Assembly (NCBI GenBank): GCA_963667465.2
Contig: CAXXDN010000002.1
Span: 480,001 to 544,000 of the forward strand
Length of the DNA stretch: 64,000 nucleotides
Direction of reading: 5' to 3'
DNA from: Dehalococcoidia bacterium
GTDB taxonomy: Bacteria; Chloroflexota; Dehalococcoidia; UBA2979
The notes under the pieces were generated by a model that did no database searches, was not told the DNA's origin, and worked only from the letters and a program-made list of their open reading frames with translations. This document shows positions 38,010-49,392 of this stretch, one piece after another. The translations under genes were made by a program, and so were the position numbers. Each line of letters starts with the position of its first letter. Within the stretch, counting starts at the first letter, position 1.

Positions 38010-38858
38010 ATGCCGCTGATCCTCGTCGCCGGATCCGCCGAGGCAGGCGCGAGCACCGTTGCCGCCGGGTTGGCGCACCGGCTCGCCGCCTCCGGGCGGA
38101 CCGTGCGCCTCGAACGTCTCACCGGGGACGCGCGCGCCGAGGCAGACGCCACGGCCTTCGCCGCACTTGAATTCGCCCGCGCCGGCGGGACGCCCGTCGT
38201 GGCGGCCGCGCTCTCCGCCGAGGGCGACGAGGTCGTGATCGCCGAGGCGCCCGCGGGCGCCGACGGCGAGGCGCTTGCCGCCGAACTCGGCGCGCGACTC
38301 GTCACCGTCTCGCGCGAGGGTGACGCAGCCGCCTCGAACGGCGCGGTCGCCCTCGCCACGCACGCGCGGGCGGCCAGCCCGCTGGCGCTGCCCGAGGACC
38401 GCCTGCTCGCCGCCCCGACCGTCGGCACGCTGATCGCCGTGAGCGGCGCGCAGGTGCTCGCCCGCTCGACCGAGGGCGACGCGGCAATCTGCGAACACGT
38501 AGTCGTCGGGCCGATCGCCTCGGACGCCGGAGACGCCTACTTCGGCCGCTTCCCGCGCAGCGCCGTCGTGACGCGTGCAGAGAAGGTCGACGTCGCTCTC
38601 GCCGCGCTGCGCGTGGACCCGGAGTGCCTGATCCTCAGTGGCGGCGGCGAGCCCAGCCCCTACCTGCTGGACCGCGTCGCCTCCTCGCGGCGCACGACGC
38701 TGCTGCTCGCGCCCGAGGGCACGGTCGAAACCGTGCGCGACATCGAGGGCAGCTTCGGCCGCTCCGCGTTCGCCGGCGAGGCCAAGGCCGAACGCGCCGG
38801 CGAGTTGATGGCCGCCGCCGTCGACGACGACACGCTCGCCGGCCTCCTCGCGGGCTGA
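38010..38858 (+). CDS. DRTGG-domain protein (phosphotransacetylase N-terminal/BioD-like)
   Basis: LPEDRLLAAPTV, AVVTRAEKVDVALAAL, CLILSGG; degenerate P-loop GSAEAGAST. Confidence 0.75.
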   Translation: MPLILVAGSAEAGASTVAAGLAHRLAASGRTVRLERLTGDARAEADATAFAALEFARAGGTPVVAAALSAEGDEVVIAEAPAGADGEALAAELGARLVTVSREGDAAASNGAVALATHARAASPLALPEDRLLAAPTVGTLIAVSGAQVLARSTEGDAAICEHVVVGPIASDAGDAYFGRFPRSAVVTRAEKVDVALAALRVDPECLILSGGGEPSPYLLDRVASSRRTTLLLAPEGTVETVRDIEGSFGRSAFAGEAKAERAGELMAAAVDDDTLAGLLAG

Positions 38859-38867
38859 CGCTCCCGG

Positions 38868-39416
38868 CTACGACCCGGGCTCGCTCGCAGGCTCGGCCGG
38901 CTCCGGCTCGGCGCCCTCCTCGAAGCTTCCCGCGAGATCGCGCAGATAGCCGTCGATCGTGCGCGTGTGGCCGATCACGAAGCGGCTGATCACGCGGAAC
39001 AGCGGGTGCTTCACCTCGCCGTGCTCGGTCACCGCGACGATCGCGCCGCCCGCGCCGTCGGCTGTCAACTCGATGGTCCACGAGCCGCCGAAGGGCAGCG
39101 TCTCGTCGGCGATGCGGCGCACGAGCCTGCGCGGAGCATCGGCCGCGAGGGTCTCGAAGGTCAGCGCCGAGCGGCCCTGCACCTCTTTCCAGCGCTCGCG
39201 GCCGCCCTCGTCGGGCAGGCGCTCGACACGGTTGAGCTTCGATCGCCAGCCGGGCTCGGCGGCGTGGTCGCGGATGCGCGACCACACCTCCCCGGGCGGC
39301 CGGCGCAGCCGCACGCGGCGCGCCGCCACGTGCGCGCGAGGCAGTGCGAACCCGACGCCGATCAGCGCCAGCAGGGCGGCGAGGACGACCGCGACGGGGG
39401 CGACAAGCCAGACCAT
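38868..39416 (-). CDS. SRPBCC/polyketide cyclase family membrane-anchored protein
   Basis: N-terminal TM, LPRAH, VWSRIRD..PGWR, PFGGSWTIEL, TEHGEV. Confidence 0.8.
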   Translation of the reverse strand: MVWLVAPVAVVLAALLALIGVGFALPRAHVAARRVRLRRPPGEVWSRIRDHAAEPGWRSKLNRVERLPDEGGRERWKEVQGRSALTFETLAADAPRRLVRRIADETLPFGGSWTIELTADGAGGAIVAVTEHGEVKHPLFRVISRFVIGHTRTIDGYLRDLAGSFEEGAEPEPAEPASEPGS

Positions 39417-39438
39417 GCCGGGCGCTCCGCCTCGAGGC

Positions 39439-41670
39439 CTACTCGCGCGGATCGAGCGGCGCGAGCGACAGCAGCAACTGCTTCACGCCCTTGCCCTCGA
39501 AGGCGACGGTGACCTTCTGGTCGCCGCGCAGCAGCTCGCAGGAGATGACGACGCCGGGGCCGAACGTTCCGTGCTGGACCTTGTCGCCGGGTGCGTAGCG
39601 CGGCTCATCGACGGCGCCGTCGTCTGCCTCGCCCTGGTCAGCACTCTGCCAGTGTGCGATCTCGGCGCGGCGCTCGCGGGCAGTGCGCTCCGGACGGGAG
39701 GGAGCGCGGCTGCCGCTCGCGCTCATCGTGACCCCCTCGGGGAGATCGTCGAAGAAGCGCGAGGGCAGGGCGCCCTGGTAGCGGCCCTGGCGCTGCCGCC
39801 GCCGCGCCCTCGTGAGGTAGAGGCGCTCCTGGGCGCGCGTGATGCCGACATAACAGACGCGCCGCTCCTCCTCCATCTCCGACGGATCGTCGAGCGACCG
39901 GAAGTGCGGCAGCAGGCCTTCCTCGAGGCCCGGCATGAACACCACCGGGAACTCCAGGCCCTTCGCCGCGTGCAGCGTCGTCAGCGTCACGGCGTCCGGC
40001 GTGTCCGCGCCGGGGTCGTCGACATCCGCGACGAGCGCGACCTCCTCGAGGAAGGTGGAGAGCGAGGCCCCGCCCTCGAGGTCCTCGTACTGGGCGGCGA
40101 CGTTAAGCAGCTCCTGCACGTTCTCCCAGCGCAGCTCGGCGCGCTCTTCCTCGGATCGTTCGAGGTGGTCGCGGTAGCGGGTCTCCGCCAGTACCTCGCC
40201 CAGCAGCCCGGAGACCGACTGGTCGCCCGCAGCGGCGCTGAGGCGGTCGATCAGCGCCACGAAGTCGCGCAGCGCGAGGCGGATGTCGCCGCGCAGCTGG
40301 GGCAGCTCGGCGTCCTCGTCGCCGCGCGCGATCATCGCGGCGACTGCGAGGAGCGGGCGCTCGAGTTGCTCGGCGGCGTGCTGGATGCGCTCCAGCGACG
40401 TGGCGCCGATGCCGCGAGCGGGGACGTTGACGATGCGGCGGAACGCCATCGCATCTGCGTGGTTGTGGATCAGCCGCAGGTACGAGAGCAGGTCGCGGAT
40501 CTCGCGGCGGTCGTAGAAGCGGGTGCCGCCGACGATGCGGTAGCGGATGCCCTGCTGGATGCATGCCTCCTCGATGGCGCGCGACTGCGCGTTGGTGCGG
40601 TACATCACGGCGAAGTCCGCGAACTGGCGGCCCTCCTCGCGCATCTGGCGCGAGATCTCGAGGGCGACGAAATGGCCCTCTTCGTCGCCGTCGTAGAGCT
40701 CTTCGACGATGATCGGGTCGCCCTCGGGGTTCTCGGTCCAGAGCTCGCGCTCGCGCCGTTCGCTGGCGCGATCGATCAGCGCGTGGGCGGCCTGCAGGAT
40801 GCGGCCGGTGGAGCGGTAGTTCTGCTCCAGCAGGATCACCTGTGCGTTGGGGAAGTCGCGCTCGAAGTGCTGGAGGTTGCGCACATCGGCCGCGCGCCAG
40901 GAGTAAATCGACTGGTCCGGGTCGCCGACGGCGGTGATCGCGCCGTGCGTGCTCGCCAGCTCGTGGGCGAGGCGGTACTGCACCAGGTTCGTGTCCTGGA
41001 ACTCGTCGATCAGCACGTGCTGGTAGCGCCCCGCGTAGCGGTCACGCACGTCCGGGTGCTGCTCGAACAAGCGCAGTGTCTCCCCGAGCAGGTCGTCGAA
41101 GTCGACCGCCCCGCTGTTGCGCAGCGCCTGCTGGTAGTGCTCGAAAGTACGGCCGACGAGTTCCTCGAAGTACGAGCCGGCGTCGCGCAGCGTCGTCGAG
41201 GCGTCGCGCCGCTCGTTCTTCGCGGCGGAGATCGCGGAGAGCAGCGCGCCGGGCGGCCAGCGCTTCGGGTCGATGCTGAGCGTCTGCTGCGCCCGCCTGA
41301 TGAGGCCGAGCTGGTCGTCGCGGTCGTAGATCACGAAATCGGGAGGCAGGCCGATCACCTCGCCGTCGCGTCGCAGGATGCGGGCGCAGGCGGAGTGGAA
41401 GGTGCCGAGCGTGACGCCGTGCGCGTCGCCGTCGAGCAGCAGCGCGGTGCGGTCGCGCATCTCGCGGGAGGCCTTGTTGGTGAAGGTCACGGCGAGGATG
41501 CGCCACGGCTCGACGCCGGCGACGCGCACCAGCCAGGCGATGCGATGCGCGATCACGCGCGTTTTGCCGGAACCGGGGCCGGCGAGGATCAGGAGGGCCC
41601 CATCCGGGGCCTCGACGGCCCGGCGTTGCGCCTCGTTCAGGCCGTGCAGGAGATCAGTGGCGGCGCTCAT
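39439..41670 (-). CDS. pcrA: ATP-dependent DNA helicase PcrA/UvrD
   Basis: LNEAQ, AGPGSGKT, TFTNKA, DEFQDTN, GDPDQSIYSWR, LEQNYRS, TLHAAKGLEF, EERRVCYVGITRA, Tudor-like C-terminus. Confidence 0.96.
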   Translation of the reverse strand: MSAATDLLHGLNEAQRRAVEAPDGALLILAGPGSGKTRVIAHRIAWLVRVAGVEPWRILAVTFTNKASREMRDRTALLLDGDAHGVTLGTFHSACARILRRDGEVIGLPPDFVIYDRDDQLGLIRRAQQTLSIDPKRWPPGALLSAISAAKNERRDASTTLRDAGSYFEELVGRTFEHYQQALRNSGAVDFDDLLGETLRLFEQHPDVRDRYAGRYQHVLIDEFQDTNLVQYRLAHELASTHGAITAVGDPDQSIYSWRAADVRNLQHFERDFPNAQVILLEQNYRSTGRILQAAHALIDRASERRERELWTENPEGDPIIVEELYDGDEEGHFVALEISRQMREEGRQFADFAVMYRTNAQSRAIEEACIQQGIRYRIVGGTRFYDRREIRDLLSYLRLIHNHADAMAFRRIVNVPARGIGATSLERIQHAAEQLERPLLAVAAMIARGDEDAELPQLRGDIRLALRDFVALIDRLSAAAGDQSVSGLLGEVLAETRYRDHLERSEEERAELRWENVQELLNVAAQYEDLEGGASLSTFLEEVALVADVDDPGADTPDAVTLTTLHAAKGLEFPVVFMPGLEEGLLPHFRSLDDPSEMEEERRVCYVGITRAQERLYLTRARRRQRQGRYQGALPSRFFDDLPEGVTMSASGSRAPSRPERTARERRAEIAHWQSADQGEADDGAVDEPRYAPGDKVQHGTFGPGVVISCELLRGDQKVTVAFEGKGVKQLLLSLAPLDPRE

Positions 41671-41796
41671 GGGGCCTTCGCATGGGGGTGGGGAGCGGTA
41701 CTGAGGCCGGGAGTGCGCCGACGGCGACCCCGACGGCCTCATGGTACGCTTTGTGTGCTGGCGGGGCGAGCGTGCGGGACGAGCGAAGGAGCGCGC

Positions 41797-42465
41797 GTGG
41801 AGACCCTGATCGACAGCCTGCCGGGCAACCTGTTGACGATCCTCAAGGTCGTCGGCGGCGTGATCGGCGTGTACCTCTTCCTGATCTGGGTCGCCTCGCT
41901 GTTCTGGGCCTACCGCGACATGCGCAGCCGCACGCGCGATTTCGTGACCCGGTTGGCCGGCGTCTCCGTCATGCTCTTCCTGCCGCTGATCGGCTACCCC
42001 GTCTACCTCGCGGTGCGGCCCTCGCTCACCCTGCGCGAGGCCTACGACCGCCAGCTCGAGCAGGAGGCAATCCTCTCCGAGCTGCACGCCGCCCCCACCT
42101 GCCCGGAGTGCCGCCGGCCGATCGAGGGCGAGTGGATGATCTGCGCCTTCTGCAGCAACGCGCTGAAGCAGCCCTGCCAGGGCTGCGAGCGCCTGCTGAT
42201 GAACTCCTGGCGACACTGTCCCTACTGTGCCGCGCCTCGTGAGCTCATAGCGCCCGAGCCGGCCGAGGAGCCCGCCGCCACCGAGGAAGAAGGCGCCCCC
42301 GTCGAGGACCAACCGACCCGCCGGCGCCGCCGCGCGGCCCGGGCCGCCGCCGCGAGCACCGTGATCCCGCCAGTCACGCGCCCTCCGCGGCCCGACTTCC
42401 AGGCGGAGGCGGGACGCGAGCCGGCGGCGGGCCCGGTCGGCGGATCGGCGTCCAGCCAGGTCTGA
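41797..42465 (+). CDS. Membrane protein with double zinc ribbon
   Basis: Two TM segments (WAYRDMRSR; YLAVRP) then CPEC, CAFC, CQGC, CPYC. AAGGAG SD before the GTG. Confidence 0.85.
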   Translation: METLIDSLPGNLLTILKVVGGVIGVYLFLIWVASLFWAYRDMRSRTRDFVTRLAGVSVMLFLPLIGYPVYLAVRPSLTLREAYDRQLEQEAILSELHAAPTCPECRRPIEGEWMICAFCSNALKQPCQGCERLLMNSWRHCPYCAAPRELIAPEPAEEPAATEEEGAPVEDQPTRRRRRAARAAAASTVIPPVTRPPRPDFQAEAGREPAAGPVGGSASSQV

Positions 42466-42555
42466 GGCGCGATTCACCCGCTCGCGCCCCGGTGTATCCT
42501 CGATGTCCGGCACCCGTCGCGGGCGCCGCGTTGAGCGCAACCGCAGGAGGATCCA

Positions 42556-43143
42556 ATGACCAGCGAGACTTCCGTCGTCACCCCTGACCGCTTCGCCAGC
42601 GGCATCGATTCGTTCGGCAAGTGGATGGACGAGATCGAGGGACGAGACGCCGAGTTCCAACGCCACTACGACGAGTACGAGCCGGACCCGGACGACATCG
42701 CTGCCGTCGCCTCGCTCGTCGAATCGCATGGCGTGAAAGCGCTCGTGCTCGGCGAGCACTGGTGCCCCGACGTCTGGCGCGGGCTGCCCGTCATGGCGAA
42801 GATCGCCGAGGGCGCGGGCATGGAACTGCGGATGTTCTTCCGCGACCAGAACAAGGACATCATGTCCGAGTTCCTCAAGGATGGTGAGTTCGAGTCGATC
42901 CCCGCGATCGTCTTCTACGACGCCGACCACAACGAACTCGGCCACTGGATCGAGCGGCCCGCGCTCGCCAACGAGGAGATGGCCCCGTTGCGCGAGATTA
43001 TGGAGGGCGTCGAGCGCGGCAGCCCGGAGTTCGACGACGCTCGCGCGCGCTACATGGATGCGACGTGGGAGCGCTCGGTGGGCTGGCGGCACGCCCAGCT
43101 AAGCGAGCTGCGCGCCCTGCTCGAGAACGCGCTCGGCGGCTAG
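42556..43143 (+). CDS. Thioredoxin-family protein (single-Cys WCPD type)
   Basis: EHWCPDV..LP, SIPAIVF, WIERP. AGGAGG SD. Confidence 0.85.
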   Translation: MTSETSVVTPDRFASGIDSFGKWMDEIEGRDAEFQRHYDEYEPDPDDIAAVASLVESHGVKALVLGEHWCPDVWRGLPVMAKIAEGAGMELRMFFRDQNKDIMSEFLKDGEFESIPAIVFYDADHNELGHWIERPALANEEMAPLREIMEGVERGSPEFDDARARYMDATWERSVGWRHAQLSELRALLENALGG

Positions 43144-43922
43144 CCGGACCCGGCTCCCGCGGCCGCAGCGGCGACAGCTTCGATATAGCGCTCCGCGCGC
43201 TCGCGTAGCGCGCTCTCCGCGTCGAGGTCGTGCGCGCGGGCGTAGCGCGCGACGGCCCAGAGCAGCGTTCCCAACGCCTCCTCGCGCGCTCCCGCAGCTG
43301 TGGCGCCGTCCGTGCCGTCCTGTGCCCGCAGCGCCTCGACGGCGTCGCCGAGCGCCTCGAGGGGCGGCGCGTCGCCGGGAGCGATGCCGGAGCGCTCGGC
43401 GCGGCCGATCAGCGACTGGGCGCGTTGCAGCGCGGGCAGCGCGCGAGGCAGCGAGGCGAGCGCGCTCGCGGGCGACTCGTCCGCGCCCGACGCGGCGCGC
43501 TCCTGCGCCTTGATCTGCTCCCAGCGCGCCCACACCTCGCTGCTGTCGGAGGCCTGCTCGCCACCGAAGACGTGCGGGTGGCGGCGCAGCATCTTGAGGC
43601 AGATCGCCTCAACCAGCTCGTCGAACGTGAACTCGCCCGCCGCCTCCGCGATCGTCGTGTGGAAGACGATCTGCATCAGCAGATCGCCCAGCTCCTCGCT
43701 CAGTCCCGCGAGGTCGCCGCGATCGATTGCCTCGACGGCCTCGTAGCTCTCCTCGATCAGGGAGCTGCGCAGCGACTCGTGCGTCTGCCCGGCGTCCCAG
43801 GGGCAGCCGCCCGGTGCATAGAGGCGCGCCATGATGGCGCGCAGTCCTTCGACGGTGTGTGTGTCCTCGATCGCGGCGTCCGGCGAGGCCGCGCCACGAG
43901 CGGCGCCTGGTTCGGCGCTCAT
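43140..43922 (-). CDS. mazG: Nucleoside triphosphate pyrophosphohydrolase MazG
   Basis: GCPWD..QTHESL..LIEESYE, EELGDLLMQIVFH, RRHPHVF, WEQIK, LPAL. Confidence 0.92.
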   Translation of the reverse strand: MSAEPGAARGAASPDAAIEDTHTVEGLRAIMARLYAPGGCPWDAGQTHESLRSSLIEESYEAVEAIDRGDLAGLSEELGDLLMQIVFHTTIAEAAGEFTFDELVEAICLKMLRRHPHVFGGEQASDSSEVWARWEQIKAQERAASGADESPASALASLPRALPALQRAQSLIGRAERSGIAPGDAPPLEALGDAVEALRAQDGTDGATAAGAREEALGTLLWAVARYARAHDLDAESALRERAERYIEAVAAAAAGAGSG

Positions 43923-43962
43923 TGCCACGGACCGTGAATCATGGCGCGAGTATACTCGCGAC

Positions 43963-44685
43963 GTGCTGACACTTCGCTGGGCCGCAACGGCACTGTTCGT
44001 CGTCGCGCTGCCCCTCTTCCTCGTGCTCACGAACGTGCGGATCGCGACCCTCTGGCCGCCCGTGCACGAGTACTCGTTCGCGCGCTACGACGCCGAGGCG
44101 ACCACCGGCGTAGAGCGCGCCGAGCTCGACCGTGCTGCGCGCGAGATCATCGACTACTTCCGCAACGACGCGGACCTGCTCGACATCGAGGTGATGGTCG
44201 CTGGCGAACCGGCGCCGCTGTTCAGCGAGCGCGAGGTGCTGCATATGCGGGACGTGAAGTGGCTTATGCAGGCCGCCTTCCGGGTGCATGAGGGCGCGCT
44301 CGCCGTCCTCGTGCTCTACGTCACGGTGGCGCTGGTGCGCAGTCGGGGGCAGGCGGTCGCGCAAGTCGCGGGGCTGCTGCGGGTTGCGGGCGTGCTGACG
44401 GTGGTGCTGCTCGGGGTGGCGGCTGCGGCGGTGGTGGTCGGCTTCGACGACCTGTTCCGGCAGTTCCACGTGATCTCGTTCGCGAACGATCTCTGGAAGC
44501 TCAGCCCGGCCCGCGATCACCTGATCCAGATGTACCCGCGCGGCTTCTGGTTCGACGTGACGCTCGCGGTCGGCCTCATCAGCGCCATCGAGGGCGCCCT
44601 GCTTGCTGCTGCCGGACATGCCTGCCTGGTGTCCGCACAACGCGAGCACCGCCGGGCGCCGGGCGCAGCAGCGGGAGCGGTGTAG
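43963..44685 (+). CDS. TIGR01906/DUF1461 family integral membrane protein
   Basis: FSEREVLHMRDVK, FDDLFRQFHVISFANDLW, LIQMYP. TATACT 6 nt before the GTG. Confidence 0.85.
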   Translation: MLTLRWAATALFVVALPLFLVLTNVRIATLWPPVHEYSFARYDAEATTGVERAELDRAAREIIDYFRNDADLLDIEVMVAGEPAPLFSEREVLHMRDVKWLMQAAFRVHEGALAVLVLYVTVALVRSRGQAVAQVAGLLRVAGVLTVVLLGVAAAAVVVGFDDLFRQFHVISFANDLWKLSPARDHLIQMYPRGFWFDVTLAVGLISAIEGALLAAAGHACLVSAQREHRRAPGAAAGAV

Positions 44686-44736
44686 CGCCGGGCGCCGGCC
44701 CCGGCAGGTGCGCGAGGATCGAGGAAGGTTCGGCGG

Positions 44737-45024
44737 CTAGAAGCCGTCCATGCCGGGCGGCATACCGCCCATGCCGGGCGGCATACCGCCCATGCCCTCC
44801 ATGCCGGCCATGTCCTCCAGGCCTTCCATGCCCTCGAGGTCGCCGAGATCGAAGTCGCCGCCACCTCGGGAGACGCCGACGAGGGCGAACGACATGCTGA
44901 CCTGGCGCTCGCCGGTGGTCGTGTTGCACTCGGGGCAATCGCTCAGTTCGTCCATGGCAGCCATGCTGCGCCGCTGTTCGTACTCGTGCCCGCACCCCTT
45001 GCAGCGGTACTCGTAAATCGGCAT
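44737..45024 (-). CDS. FmdB-family zinc-ribbon protein with Gly/Met-rich tail
   Basis: MPIYEYRCKGCGHEYE...CPEC; tail GMEGMGGMPPGMGGMPPGMDGF. GGAGAGG SD. Confidence 0.9.
   Translation of the reverse strand: MPIYEYRCKGCGHEYEQRRSMAAMDELSDCPECNTTTGERQVSMSFALVGVSRGGGDFDLGDLEGMEGLEDMAGMEGMGGMPPGMGGMPPGMDGF
44748..44796. repeat. 21-bp tandem repeat (about 2.3 copies) encoding the repeated GMGGMPP unit
   Basis: CCATGCCGGGCGGCATACCGC twice, plus CCATGCC. Confidence 0.9.
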
Positions 45025-45102
45025 CTCGATCCTCTCCGAAATGGCGCGGCGCGCTTCGTCGGGCGCGCCGCGCCGGTCAGTCCGGCCGTCTGCTGCGGCC
45101 GT

Positions 45103-46842
<1,740 letters not shown>

Positions 46843-46864
46843 CTCGTCCCCCCGTTCCGCTCGT

Positions 46865-48865
46865 TCACTCTGCGCCCTCCGGCGCATTCAATCCACCATT
46901 CGCATCGCCGTACGTCTCCACCGGCTCGCCGGCCGAGGCGAAGGCGCGAGCCAACTCGCGCTGCTGCCGGCTCAGCTCGACAAAGCTTGTGGCCAGTTCG
47001 GCCTCCTCGCCGGCGGCATCCGCCGGAAGCGCGCCGCGCTCCGCGGCGCTGCGCGCGAACTCGAGCACCCCGGCGCCCTCGCGCCGCGCATCCGCCATCT
47101 GCTCCGCGACCGCGCCCGCCTCGGCGCGGATGCGTGCCTGCTGACGGCGGGTGCGAAGCTGCCAGGCCGTGCCCTCGATGATCTCGCGGAGTTGCTGCGC
47201 CGTCATCTGCTCGTACGCCTCCGGCAGTTCTCCCGCGCTCAGCGAGGCGTGTAACTCGCGCAACTCCTCGTCCATTTCTGCGATGCGTTCGTCGAGGTCT
47301 TCGTGGTCGCGCCAGGCCTCGAAGAGGCGGCGGTACTCGCTGTCCTCGAACGTGTCCGCGTCGAGCGCCGCTCCGGCGTCGCGACAGGAGGGATAACGCA
47401 GCAGCAGCCTCAGAAGTTGCGTCTCGCCCGGGTTCGTGTCGCTGGCCGGGGGCGTTCCCGGCGGCGGCTGCTGGCGGGCGGCGGCCGCGACTTCCCGCGA
47501 GGACGGCACCGGCTCCGGGCGGACCGGGCCGCGCCCGCGCGCGACCAGCGCCTGCGCGGCCGCCTCGCTGATGCGGCCGAGGCGCGCCAGCCGTTGCAGC
47601 CAGTGCGCCCGGACCACCGCGTCCGCCATTGCCGCGACCGTCGGTGCGAGCGCCTCGACTGCCTGCGAGCGGGCGCGCGGATCCTCAAGGTTCGTGCGCT
47701 CCTCGATCGCGTCGAAGAGGTGGTCGGCGACGGGCCGGGCGGCGTCGATCAGTGCGCGCAGGTCGTCCGGGTCCTTGCGCGCCAGCGAGTCCGGGTCCTC
47801 GCCCTCGGGCAGGGCGGCGATGCGGATGTCAGCGCGCAGCACGTCCTGGTAGGAGACCAGCCCGCGCCAGTTGATGGTGGCGACCGTGTCGTGATCGGCG
47901 GCCCCGGCGGCGACGCCGACCGCGCGCAGGGTGGCCTCGGAGCCGGCGTTGTCGGCATCGAGGGCGAGTACGAGGTTGGGCGTGAAGCGCTTGACGAGGC
48001 GCATTTGGCGCTCGCTGATCGCCGTGCCCATCGAGGCGGCGACGTTGCGCAGGCCGGCCTGCCAGCAGCCGATCACGTCCATGTAGCCCTCGACGACGAT
48101 CAGTTGCCCGGCGCGGCGCGCCTCGGGGCCGGAGCGGTCGAGGCCGTAGAGCGTGCCGCTCTTGTCGAAGAGCGGCGTCTGCGGGGTGTTGAGGTACTTC
48201 GGCTCCTGATCCTCGAGCAGCGCACGCCCGCCGAAGCCGGTGAGGCGGCCGCGCTCGTCGCGAGTGGGGAAGATCAGCCGCCCGCGGAAGCGGTCGTAGG
48301 GTCCGCGGTCGCCCTGCGCGGCGAGGCCGGCGGCGATCAGCACGTCCGCGCCGTAGCCGCGCGCGCCGAGGTGGTCCGTGAGCGCCTGCCAGCTATCCGG
48401 CGCGTAGCCGATCTGCCAGTCGCGCCGCGCCCCCGCGTCCAGCCCGCGCCCCTCGGCGTAGGCAAGCGCCGAGGCGCCCTCGGGACTGTCGAGGGCGGCC
48501 TGGAAGAAGACGGCGGCGGCCTCGTTGGCGCTGAGCAGTTGCTCGTGCTGTTCGCGCTGCTCGCGCTCGGCTCGCGTCGGCGGGCGCAGCTCGACGCCGG
48601 CGCGCTCGGCGCAGCGGCGCAGCGCCTCGCGGAACTCGAGCCCCTCGAAGCGGCGCACGAACTCGATCACGTCGCCCCCGGTCGAGCAGGCGCCGAAGCA
48701 GTGCCAGGTGTTGCGGCCGGGGTCGACGATGAATGAGGGCGTGCGCTCGTTGTGGAAGGGGCAGTTCGCCTTCCACGTACGGCCGCTCCGCTTGAGGTTC
48801 GGCACGTAGTTGCCAACCGTCTCGACGATATCGAGACGCGCTTTTACTTCTTCGATGGTACTCAT
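46865..48865 (-). CDS. dnaG: DNA primase
   Basis: CPFH..TPSF..HCFGAC zinc finger, [24 protein letters not shown]. Confidence 0.97.
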   Translation of the reverse strand: MSTIEEVKARLDIVETVGNYVPNLKRSGRTWKANCPFHNERTPSFIVDPGRNTWHCFGACSTGGDVIEFVRRFEGLEFREALRRCAERAGVELRPPTRAEREQREQHEQLLSANEAAAVFFQAALDSPEGASALAYAEGRGLDAGARRDWQIGYAPDSWQALTDHLGARGYGADVLIAAGLAAQGDRGPYDRFRGRLIFPTRDERGRLTGFGGRALLEDQEPKYLNTPQTPLFDKSGTLYGLDRSGPEARRAGQLIVVEGYMDVIGCWQAGLRNVAASMGTAISERQMRLVKRFTPNLVLALDADNAGSEATLRAVGVAAGAADHDTVATINWRGLVSYQDVLRADIRIAALPEGEDPDSLARKDPDDLRALIDAARPVADHLFDAIEERTNLEDPRARSQAVEALAPTVAAMADAVVRAHWLQRLARLGRISEAAAQALVARGRGPVRPEPVPSSREVAAAARQQPPPGTPPASDTNPGETQLLRLLLRYPSCRDAGAALDADTFEDSEYRRLFEAWRDHEDLDERIAEMDEELRELHASLSAGELPEAYEQMTAQQLREIIEGTAWQLRTRRQQARIRAEAGAVAEQMADARREGAGVLEFARSAAERGALPADAAGEEAELATSFVELSRQQRELARAFASAGEPVETYGDANGGLNAPEGAE

Positions 48866-48924
48866 GGTCTAGCTGTTAAGACACCACAACCGCCCGATCG
48901 TTACGGTCGGCTGCACGGATTCCG

Positions 48925-49383
48925 CTACGCGTCCTCCGCGCCGTCCCCAAAGCGGGCGCGGATCGCGGCGGCGGCCTGCTCCTCGCGCCCGGCGACCGCG
49001 CGCAGTGCTGCCAGCGGGTCGCCTCCCACGCCTCCTGGCGCCTCGATTGCATCGAGGGCGAGCAGCGTCCGCCGACGTGCTCCGGCGAGGTCGTGGACCA
49101 TTTGGGGCGCCATCATCGCGTCGCGGCGCCGTCCGGCGCCTGTCTCGTCGCCGCTGCCGGCAGTGCCGGCTGTAGCGGCAGCGGCGTCGGCCCGCTCCGC
49201 GGGCGCGAGCTCGCCGAGCAGGTCGAGCACGCTGCGCCCTTCCTCGATCTCGCTCGCGAAGTCCCGCTCCGTGAGACTCGCGAGCGCCTCGAGCAGCGCG
49301 GACCGCGATCGCTCGAGGCGTTCGCGCAGCGCGGCGATGGGGTCGTCGCGCGATTGCAGCGCGTCCTTCGGCTGCTCGTTCAC
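48925..49383 (-). CDS. Hypothetical helical protein (DinB-like)
   Basis: LERSRSALLEALASLTERDF...SVLDLLGEL; co-oriented in the operon. Confidence 0.6.
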   Translation of the reverse strand: MNEQPKDALQSRDDPIAALRERLERSRSALLEALASLTERDFASEIEEGRSVLDLLGELAPAERADAAAATAGTAGSGDETGAGRRRDAMMAPQMVHDLAGARRRTLLALDAIEAPGGVGGDPLAALRAVAGREEQAAAAIRARFGDGAEDA

Positions 49384-49392
49384 TGCAGCACC

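Noticed and set aside
37885-38010. tRNA-Phe as an integration site
   Set aside because: No integrase, no duplicated tRNA 3' end noticed, and no compositional shift downstream.
42556-43143. Thioredoxin lacking the second Cys (WCPDV) as a novelty or hidden Sec site
   Set aside because: There is no in-frame UGA, and single-Cys variants are common in this family.
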